From assembly GCA_950097015.1 (NCBI GenBank), contig CATNEN010000001.1, forward strand, positions 17,360,001-17,424,000: a DNA stretch of 64,000 bases, read 5' to 3'. This document shows, piece by piece, positions 12,601-22,735 of the stretch (positions within the stretch are counted from its first letter, which is position 1; each line of letters begins with the position of its first letter). Position numbers and translations under genes: made by a program. Under the pieces are notes generated by a model that saw only the letters and a program-made list of their open reading frames with translations, was not told the DNA's origin and searched no databases. The DNA comes from Macrostomum hystrix. Taxonomy: Eukaryota > Animalia > Platyhelminthes.

Positions 12601-12810
12601 AAACTTGTTTTGGCTTGCCACTTTATATTGAGCATTTTAGCTTAAATAACTTTCTAGAAAACCCGTACTTCTTTAAAATTCACACTTCGGGCATTACTCT
12701 GGAGTTTTTTCCAAGCAAAAATATTTTACTTAAGACCATTAATAAACACATGCATCGAAAAAAACACAATAAACTACTAAAAAAGTTTTTTCATTCTTTT
12801 TCAGCAAAAA

Positions 12811-15800
12811 ATGGATGACCAAATAGATGCCATCAGACAAGCAGCATCTACAAGTAAATTGAATATTGTGAAAGATCTGCCCATTGCTGCACCAGGCGTA
12901 AAAGATCAGGGCTGCTTGGAAGCAGTGGGTTCAGCTGCATCTGAGAAAAATTGGAAAAAGGTGAAACTTCTTTTGCAGACAGTCGCCGACCAAAAAGTGA
13001 GAGATCAGTGCTGCTTGGCGATCGCTAGCGATGCCGCATGTCAGATAAGTGGCGAAATAGTGAATATTATTTTGAAGACCGTCTCTGAACCAACTGTGAA
13101 AGATCAGTGCTGCTTGAAGGCAGTGGGTTCAGCTGCATCTAAGAAAAATTGGGAAATGGTGAAACTTCTTTTGCAGACAGTCGCCGACCAAAAAGTGAAA
13201 GATCAGTGCTGCTTGAAGGCAGTGGGTTCAGCTGCAACTAAGAAAAATTGGGAAATGGTGAAACTTCTTTTGCAGACAGTCGCCGACCAAAAAGTGAAAG
13301 ATCAGTGCTGCTTGAAGGCAGTGGGTTCAGCTGCAACTAAGAAAAATTGGGAAATGGTGAAACTTCTTTTGCAGACAGTCGCCGACCAAAAAGCGAGAGA
13401 TCAGTGCTGCTTGAAGGCAGTGTGGTCAGCTGCATCTGAGAAAAATTGGGGAATGGTGAAACTTCTTTTGCAGAAAGTCGCCGACCAAAAAGTGAGAGAT
13501 CAGTGCTGCTTGGAAGCAGTGGGTTCAGCTGCATCTGAGAAAAATTGGGGAATGGTGAAACTTCTTTTGCAGACAGTCGCCGACCAAAAAGTGAGAGATC
13601 AGTGCTGCTTGGCGATCGCTAGCGATGCCGCATGTCAGATAAGTGGCGAAATAGTGAATATTATTTTGAAGACCGTCTCTGAACCAACTGTGAAAGATCA
13701 GTGCTGCTTGAAGGCAGTGGGTTCAGCTGCATCTAAGAAAAATTGGGAAATGGTGAAACTTCTTTTGCAGACAGTCGCCGACCAAAAAGTGAAAGATCAG
13801 TGCTGCTTGAAGGCAGTGGGTTCAGCTGCAACTAAGAAAAATTGGGAAATGGTGAAACTTCTTTTGCAGACAGTCGCCGACCAAAAAGCGAGAGATCAGT
13901 GCTGCTTGAAGGCAGTGTGGTCAGCTGCATCTGAGAAAAATTGGGGAATGGTGAAACTTCTTTTGCAGAAAGTCGCCGACCAAAAAGTGAGAGATCAGTG
14001 CTGCTTGGAAGCAGTGGGTTCAGCTGCATCTGAGAAAAATTGGGGAATGGTGAAACTTCTTTTGCAGACAGTCACCGACCAAAAAGTGAGAGATCAGTGC
14101 TGCTTGAAGGCAGTGTGGTCAGCTGAATCTGAGAAAAATTGGAAAATGGTGAAACTTCTTTTGCAGACAGTCGCCGACCTAAAAGTGAGAGATCAGTGCT
14201 GCTTGGAAGTAGTGGGTTCAGCTGCATCTGAGAAAAATTGGGAAATGGTGAAACTTCTTTTGCAGACAGTCGCCGACCAAAAAGTGAGAGATCAGTGCTG
14301 CTTGGAGATCGCTAGCGATGCCGCATGTCAGGAAAGTGGCAAAATGGTGGAACTTATTTTGAAGACCGTCTCTGACCCAACTGTGAAAGATTAGTGCTGC
14401 TTGAGTGCAGTGGGTTATGCTGCAAGAAAGAAAAATTGGGAAATGGTGAAACTTCTTATGAAGACCGTCTCTGACCCAACTGTGAAAGATCAGTGCTGCT
14501 TGAATGCAGTGGGTTCAGCTGCAACAAAGAAAAATTGGGAAATGGTGAAACTTATTTTGCAGACAGTCGCCGACCAAAAAGTGAGAGATCAGTGCTGCTT
14601 GGAGATCGCTAGAAAGACCCAATATCAGAAAAGTGGCAAAATCGTGAATCTCATTTTGGAGACCGTCTCTGACCCAACTGTGAAAGATCAGTGCTGCTTG
14701 AAGACAGTGTGGTCAGCTGCAACTGAGAGAAAATGGGAAATGGTGAAACTTCTTTTGCAGACAGTCGCCGACCAAAAAGTGAGAGATCAGTGCTGCTTGG
14801 AGATCGCTAGCAAGGCCGCATGTCAGGAAAGTGGCGAAATGGTGGAACTTATTTTGAAGACCGTCTCTAACCCAACTGTGAGAGATCAGTGCTGCTTGGA
14901 GATCACTCGCTATGCCGCATGGCAGGAAAGTGGCGAAATGGTGGAACTTATTTTGAAGACAGTCGCCGACCAAAAAGTGAGAGATCAGTGCTGCTTGGAG
15001 ATCGCTAGAAAGGCCCAATATCAGAAAAGTGGCAAAATCGTGAATCTCATTTTGGAGACCGTCTCTGACCCAACTGTGAAAGCTCAGTGCTGCTTGAAGG
15101 CAGTGGATTCAGCTGCATCTGAGAAAAATTGGGAAATGGTGAAACGTCTTTTGCAGACAGTCGCCGACCAAAAAGTGAGAGATCAGTGCTGCTTGAAGAT
15201 CGTTTCCTGTGCCCCATATCAGGAAAGTGGCGAAATGGTGGAACTTATTTTAAAGACCGTCTCTGACCCAACTGTGAGAGATCAGTGCTGCTTGAATGCA
15301 GTGGGTTCAGCTGCAACAAAGAAAAATCTGGAAATGGTGAAACTTCTTTTGCAGACAGTCACCGACCAAAAAGTGAAAGATCAGTGCTGCTTGAAGATCG
15401 TTTCCTTTACCCTATATCAGATAAGTGGCGATATAATGGAACTTATTTTGAAGACCGTCTCTGACCCAACTGTGAAAGATCAGTGCTGCTTGAATGCAGT
15501 GGGTTCAGCTGCAACTAAGAAAAATTGGGAAATGGTGAAACTTCTTTTGCAGACAGTCGCCGACCAAAAAGTGAGAGATCAGTGCTGCTTGGAGATCGCT
15601 AGCAAGGCCGCATGTCAGGAAAGTGGCGAAATGGTGGAACTTATTTTGAAGACCGTCTCTGACCCAACTGAGAAAGATCAGTGCTGCTTGAAAGCAGTGG
15701 GTTCAGCTGCATCTGAGAAAAATTGGGAAATGGTGAAACTTCTTTTGCAGACAGTCGCCGACCAAAAAGTGAGAGATCAGTGCTGCTTGAAGATCGCTTT

Positions 15801-18800
15801 CTGGGCCCCATATCAGATAAGTGGCGAAATGGTGGAACTTATTTTGAAGACCGTCTCTGACCCAACTGAGAAAGATCAGTGCTGCTTGAAGGCAGTGGAT
15901 TCAGCTGCATCTGAGAAAAATTGGGAAATGGTGAATCTTCTTTTGCAGACAGTCGCCGACCAAAAAGTGAGAGATCAGTGCTGCTTTCAGGCATTTAAGC
16001 TAGCTGCATCGCAGAAAGTCCTAGGAATAATTAATTTACCTATATTTGACTGGTTTCTTCAGTCCAGCAGCATCCTTAACTTTTGTTCGTCGATGGCTAT
16101 TACTGGCTCGAACTCTGTTCTCACTCAGGCTCTGTCTATAATGCAGCCAGCTGAAATCACACATCTACTCTCTGTCTCAATCTCTCACCGTCATGTCGCA
16201 CTGGCTCTCACACTCCTCCATGACGAGCGATTCAGTAGAGAACATGTCGATCTGCCAGACAGCACCGGAGCCACTGCTCTCATGCATGCAGCTGATGGAG
16301 GTCATCACGAGCTCATTGAGAAACTGCTAAAACTCGGTGCGTCCGTGCGTGCAGAAGACTGTCAGGGCCGAACTGCTCTGACTCGGGCTTTTGAATTTGG
16401 TCACGTGCGAGCGGCCAAGATGCTGATGGATGGTGGAGCGGATGCGAACCATCGAGGCGGTCGTGGTCTGACGTGTGCGCAGCTGGCGGAGCAGTTGGGA
16501 CACTTGCAGCTGCTGCGTTTGTTGGAGTCCCACAGGCAGCCCCGTAGGTGAGTAAGATTTTATATTGAGAAAACTGAAATTGGGAACTTTCTCGATAGTT
16601 TTTAGAAGTCTGGATGTGTGCACATACTTATTCTCGAATATCGCCGAACTTACATATCCGAATGTATGATCTGTAAATTTACCGTGCTTCTAATCAATCG
16701 ATTCGTTTCTTGGGACATTAATTTGATTTCTAAACTTTTAGTCATAGAAATGTGACTAACAGTGTGTTCTGGCTTTGTTTGGTGAACAAGTCTTTGAACT
16801 GGGCTCACCCACGAGATTGCTATTCCCTGAACTAGGCATATCAACTAGACGTGCGATGTTTTGCTCTGAGACAAATTGCTTCCATGTGCTGAGATTCAAT
16901 CTCTAGTTCAGGACTTTAAGCTCCGACATTCAAATATAAATCTGTTGCATATACAATGTTCCTAAGTAATCCATGGCTAATAAATTGCCTTTTAGCTCGC
17001 CTGAAGATGACTTTCCAACGGTTAGCGATCCGTGAGTACTTTTTTTACTGTGACCTGACTAGCTTAGAGTCCAGCTCGTAATATTATGCATATGTTTTCC
17101 TTTTTCCATTTTCAAGGTATTCCTTCATTTGTAGAGGGGCGATAATCTACCCACAGGCACTTCTGTACTCAAAGCTATTCCTACTTTTATATGTTGCATG
17201 TCAGATTTATAGAAAGTATATCTATGCGTTCATAGTTGGTAAGTAACACAGATAATATATAACTGTGGTAAGTATATATAAGTGTGCTCATGCATATCAA
17301 GTTTCTTGCTATCAAAATACTATTTTACAAAATAATAACTTGATTTTATTTTTTGGCTATTTTTACTACTGATGGCTGGTCCTAAGAGTAGTGTGAGAGA
17401 AAATTAACTGAGTGACCAATCTAGTTATATATTATCTGTGGTAAGTAATGCACAAATTGATCACCTAATAAATCCGAATTGAACGCCGAGAACGGTTGAC
17501 GATTTTTACAGGTCGATCAGATTGTACTTCATCAGCATCGACATTGCCCTGACTAAAATTTGCAAATTTCATAGTATTTTTAACACCTTACTTTCCTTCT
17601 CCTTAATTGTAATTCTAAGAGGTAACATGCTTTTAAATTGGATCAACACTGTACTTTCAGGTCAGCAGACAATACACAGAATGATGAAGAACTTAGCAGA
17701 GAGCTTCACAAACTGCTCCTCAAGGCAGGATTCTCTGACAGTAGAGCCAAGTGCCAGCAGAGAATGGCTGACTGGCTCGAGGGCGTAGCTCAAGTCCTCA
17801 CTAAGGATGACAGGCGGATGACAGGCAGCTACGCAGAGGGCTGGGCCAACAGTCTGGTGCAAGTGAACGGCAGGACAGGAGCTGACTCGGACATTGACTG
17901 GACTGTGCTGCTTCAAGGGCAGCTCATGCATCTAGAGGACGGTTGTACAAAAAATAGAGATTGCAGAGATGTGTCAACGCTACCTGTCACGCAGGGTCAT
18001 GCAAAAGTGCCCGTGGGAGCCGGTAAGTTCAAATAAAAAATGATTTGCTTTTCTACTGAAAGCTGCCCATGTGATACTCTCACACAAAGTTCTAAATATA
18101 GTAGACTCACATAAAATAGACAGGTGGTGTGCATGAAAAGTGACCAAAGTTGTCTATATATAAATTACATCATATATATGTGAGTCAGTCAAAAAACAGA
18201 ATGGCTTAGCTGCCCTAAACCTCCTACCTAAGGTAGATGAAATTCTGCTTAGTATGGAAAGAAGTCAAATTGCACACGAGTGAATCAGGTACCAAAATGC
18301 TGCAACTGCTGATCGGTAAACATGGTTCCACATCTTATTTCAGGCAGCCAACCTGCAATTTCATGTTCCGCATGCGGTGTGCGGCCTGCACAGGACACTT
18401 GCCATGCAATCCAGTGCTGTTCTGCATTTTGTAGGGCAAATATAAAGAAGCTTATACGAATATATATATGGGAACCAGTCCACCTCGTGAGGGCAACCAG
18501 ACCAAAATCGACCAATGAGCTGAGAGTGAGTTTCAGCTTTCAGGAGAGAAAGATCATGAGGCGTCTCAATACGGTGCAAGGCCAATTGTTCACAGTCATA
18601 AAATTTATCTTTAAGAAGCACCTGCACCTACCATCCAATCTGAAGACTCATGGTCTAAAGACGTACAATGCCAAAACTCTGCTTTTCTTTATGCTGGACA
18701 CGCACGGACAAAAAAATAAGGAAATTTGGAAGCCGCAGAATCTTGTCTCACTACTGAAGGAGTCCCTTCGCAAGATGTTGAGCTTCATCGACTCAAGCAG

Positions 18801-19863
18801 CTCAAATGACGATTGCATGCCGCACTTCTTCATGCCGGATGCTCCGCTCTACTTCAAGAACGCTGGAATCGGAGGAGACTTTGACAACACAAAGGCGGAG
18901 GTTCGAATCCAGCTGAAACAGCTGATAAGTGACATCGGCGCAGTGGTTAACCAGATAAGGGGACTCGTGAGGCCTCTTCAGTCAGAAAAATTCTTCTTTC
19001 ATCCTTTCACTCTGCTGCCACTGGCATCGCCACCAGCTGTCACTGAAGTAAGGCAACGGACCGACAGTAAAAGCCACTTTTTTAAGTTCGCAGACGCATA
19101 TTGTGTAGTGCACCAGTGCTTAAGTAAGCTGCAGTCAAAGTCATTTGATACGGACACCTTCACGGGACATGTAGGTCTTATACGTGAGCTACCGTGGTGC
19201 AAATGCGCGTTCAAGTGCTTAACCGCCATTTCCTTCTTGAAGCTTAAAATCTTGGAAGAGGCTCGGAGTACTCTTATGGAGCTACGAGACCACAATGTCA
19301 AGATTGGATTCCGCCCTCAAGACTTAAAACTGAAAAGATACTACTTTGAATCTACAAGGATCCTACTACCTGAAGATTCAGACTGGGCGTGGAGGTTCTG
19401 CTTCCCCTGCGAAACTAAGCCTCAGTTCGCATTTCTTCCGGAGTTCACACAGAGCCTGTTTACAGCCAGACTGTCGCAGGCTAGCTCCTCCCACCTGTAC
19501 GTGAACTTCCGGTGCCTGAGCTGGAGTCTCCAAGCAGAGTATCTCGATAGATCACTGATTGACTTCAATGCGTGGCTCTCGGAGCTAGAAGAGGACCCGG
19601 ACTTGGAGGAGCTGCTCACTCTGGCTCACTACAGCGACAAACTTAACCACGTTGAGTTCAGCCTGCGACAGATGGAGATCGTCAGAGACGACAGACGCAT
19701 CGCCATGGAAACACAGGACGAGGAGAAGATTCGCTGGGTGAAGGAGAAGCTGGAAGGACTTCGAGCAGCAGCTGAGTCCTCAGCGATGGAGACGGAGACC
19801 GAGTCTGCCACGCCAACAGGCAAGAGGCGAGGCAGAAAGCGGAAGGCAGACGACCGATTGTGA
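12811..19863 (+). CDS. Ankyrin-repeat-array cGAS-like receptor (Mab-21/cGLR nucleotidyltransferase), about 1884 codons, one internal TAG at 14392-14394
   Basis: Exons 12811-16547, 16996-17031 (36-nt micro-exon), 17661-18022 and 18344-19863. All introns are GT-AG and phase-compatible, total 5655 nt. Contains 31 x 33-aa repeats, 3 canonical ANK repeats (TGATALMHAADGG, QGRTALTRAFEFG, RGLTCAQLAEQLG), NTase motif MTGSYAEG...DSDIDWTV, third Asp in QDTCHAIQC, Mab-21 motifs LRVSFSFQERKIM, KTYNAKTLLFF and CMPHFFMP, and a basic tail KRRGRKRK. A splice acceptor at 12804 means upstream exons or an outron are possible. Confidence 0.85.
12904..15972 (+). repeat. Coding tandem array of 31 x 99-bp units (33-aa ankyrin-register repeats, two subtypes)
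   Basis: Type A is DQCCLKAVGSAASKKNWEMVKLLLQTVADQKVK and type B is DQCCLEIASKAACQESGEMVELILKTVSDPTVK. There are no indels across the array. Confidence 0.95.
17661..19863 (+). CDS. cGAS/Mab-21-like NTase domain exons of the ANK-cGLR gene
   Basis: Exon 17661-18022 (GS...DxD motif) splices in phase 1 to exon 18344-19863 (Mab-21 lobe plus C-terminal helical region). Confidence 0.85.
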
Positions 19864-20467
19864 AGAGGCAGTCGGACTCGCTGCCGTGTGAATTTGATGT
19901 CTGTCGACTGTCTACAGTAGCTAACCAGTTACATACTGAAATTCACCAAATTCCCATGCAAATAAGCGAATAAAATGTGTACATTGCTTGTTTGTGTCTA
20001 ACTCTTTGGCGTTTTAGGAACAATATTCCTGCTTTTCACACATACCCAAATTTAGCAAAGCATTGGACAGAAGATAAGAGACTTGACAAGGCCGTAGAAA
20101 AGAACGAGTCACTTCAAGCATTTAGTTTGATTAATCTGCCATCGCTAGCTAAATCATTAAAGATACATTTTGTTGTGTGTCGTAACACACATTTTATATT
20201 CAAAGTTTAAGCGACCAGTTTCATTGCCTAAGTCAGTTACACGTTAGTTCACAGTTAGGCAGAAAAAAACTAATTAAGATTAGAAATATATATCTAGTAT
20301 CTAGCTTGTCAAGTCTTTTATCTCCAATGTCAAACCGACTTTGTGCAACTTCGACGATGTAAATTTTCCGCGTTGTAAAACATTGGGTTTACGAAATCTT
20401 GGTGCTAGAAATGAAGCACAAAGTTATACTTTATGATTTTATTGGTGTCATTTTCCACCTTTAAAAA

Positions 20468-21535
20468 TATCTGGCTGTTCTGAGCACAGTGAGTACTGTG
20501 TCTGTGTTTTCTGCTCTATTTATTCACATGCCATGTAGCCCAGTATCTGGCTGTTCTGAGCACAGTGAGTACTGTGTCTGTGTTTTGTGCTCTATTTATT
20601 CACATGCCATGTAGCCTAGTATCTGGCTGTTCTGAGCACAGTGAGTACTGTGTCTGTGTTTTGTGCTCTTTTTATTCACATGCCATGTAGCCTAGTATCT
20701 GGCTGTTCTGAGCACAGTGGGTACTGTGCTGTGTTTTGTGCTCTTTTTATTCACATGCTATGTAGCCTAGTATCTGGCTGTTCTGAGCACAGTGAGTACT
20801 GTGTCTGTGTTTTGTGCTCTATTTATTCACATGCCATGTAGCCTAGTATCTGGCTGTTCTGAGCACAGTGAGTACTGTGTCTGTGTTTTGTGCTCTTTTT
20901 ATTCACACGTCATGTAGCCCAGTATCTGGCTGTTCTGAGCACAGTGAGTACTGTGTTTGTGTTTTGTGCTCTTTTTATTCACATGCCATGTAGCCTAGTA
21001 TCTGGCTGTTCTGAGCACAGTGAGTACTGTGTTCGTGTTTTGTGCTCTATTTATTCACATGCCATGTAGCCTAGTATCTGGCTGTTCTGAGCACAGTGAG
21101 TACTGTGTCTGTGTTTTGTGCTCTATTTATTCACATGCCATGTAGCCCAGTATCTGGCTGTTCTGAGCACAGTGAGTACTGTGTCTGTGTTTTGTGCTCT
21201 ATTTATTCACATGCCATGTAGCCTAGTATCCGGCTGTTCTGAGCACAGTGAGTACTGTGTCTGTGTTTTGTGCTCTTTTTATTCACATGCCATGTAGCCT
21301 AGTATCTGGCTGTTCTGAGCACAGTGAGTACTGTGTTTGTGTTTTGTGCACTTTTTATTCACATGCCCAGTAGCCTAGTATCTGGCTTTTCTGAGCACAG
21401 TGAGTACTGTGTCTGTGTTTTGTGCTCTATTTATTCACATGCCATGTAGCCTAGTATCTGGCTGTTCTGAGCACAGTGAGTACTGTGTTCGTGTTTTGTG
21501 CTCTATTTATTCACATGCCATGTAGCCCAGTATCA
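20468..21535. repeat. 76-bp satellite, about 14 copies, each internally palindromic
   Basis: Unit tatctggctgttctgagcacagtgagtactgtgtctgtgttttgtgctctatttattcacatgccatgtagcctag; period measured at 20468, 20544 and 20620. Confidence 0.95.
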
Positions 21536-21871
21536 GGTATGTAGTATCATGAACTTATCAAAAAATATAAAGCTTTGTGGTTCTTAAAAATATGTTTTTC
21601 ATTTCGATAAACTTTTAACTTAAAAGGTGAGTTATATTTCTAGCATTTTTTGCATCAACGATTCGCACAATTGATGCGTTTATGAGTAAAGCAGGTATTC
21701 GATATTCTGTTTAGGAAATTCAAAATTGTACAGTAGAACTAGAAGCAATGAAAACAAAAGACTGTAGTTTGTAATACAAGCATATGAGATCTCAAGATAT
21801 CAATGCCCCTACCTATTCGTATACGTAATGTCTACAGTGTACATTAATTACCATTTACCAAAGACTACAAA

Positions 21872-22088
21872 GTAATCAGTGCCTACTGTAATCAGTGCCT
21901 ACTGTAATCAGTGCCTACTGTAATCAGTGCCTACTGTAATCAGTGCCTACTGTAATCAGTGCCTACTGTAATCAGTGCCTACTGTAATCAGTGCCTACTG
22001 TAATCAGTGCCTACTGTAATCAGTGCCTACTGTAATCAGTGCCTACTGTAATCAGTGCCTACTGTAATCAGTGCCTACTGTAATCAGT
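21872..22088. repeat. 16-bp minisatellite (gtaatcagtgcctact), about 13 copies
   Basis: Perfect tandem copies. Confidence 0.95.
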
Positions 22089-22364
22089 GGACATAAATAA
22101 AAATGTGATTCGAAAAAGGAAAACCAGTTTTCTCTGATTGCACACAATGCACCAGCAGTTTATAGTACAATAATGCAAATTGCTACTATCGCAATTGGAG
22201 TAGATGAAGTAAAACAGGTATAAACAGGCTTGGGATTTTACGGATTTTGCATCGGAGCTGGTGTCCAGTTGTTGTATATTAGATTTCCAATAGGTCGGGA
22301 GTTCGAATCTCATTCGATATGGGGTACAAATTTGTCTCTTTGAGAAAGATACTTTCTCAAGATT

Positions 22365-22595
22365 TACACCCTTGAGGGCCAACCTCCAAGGTACAGTGAG
22401 AGTGTACACTGCCTGACGATGAGAAAGTCAGGGCAGTTGTACACACCTGTGTGAGTGTGTGCTCAGGAGTCAGCGGAATGGACAGAATTGCCTCCTCGCT
22501 AGTTGCGGGTCTAGTGTCACCTAGTGTCACCAAATAATGTGCCATTCCCGGCAGCCCTCCTGCTACTATTATTATTATTATTATTATTATTATTG
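22365..22595 (+). mobile_element. 5'-truncated SINE family B with (ATT)n tail
   Basis: Reverse-complement match to 1035-1270, ending in tattattattattatt. Confidence 0.75.
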
Positions 22596-22639
22596 ATACT
22601 AATTTTACACAGCGCATTCAGTTAAGGTAAAAATTTAAG

Positions 22640-22735
22640 TGGGTGTAGCTGCCTCCCCAGTCCACGGACTGAACAGTTGGACACAGCTTTTGGTAGCGCC
22701 AGGCAATCGTTGCGGCTTCGCCACTAGCTGTACGA
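22640..22735 (+). mobile_element. 3' fragment related to SINE family A
   Basis: gtgggtgt...ccccagtccacggactgaacag...gcggct...gctgtac aligns with 4115-4210. Confidence 0.6.

Noticed and set aside
12811-16551. Treating ORFs 12811-14394 and 14401-16551 as two genes, or as a TALE-like DNA-binding protein
   Set aside because: They share one frame separated by a single TAG. The repeats fit ankyrin register and lack the TALE consensus (LTPxQVVAIAS), so TALE is only an analogy.
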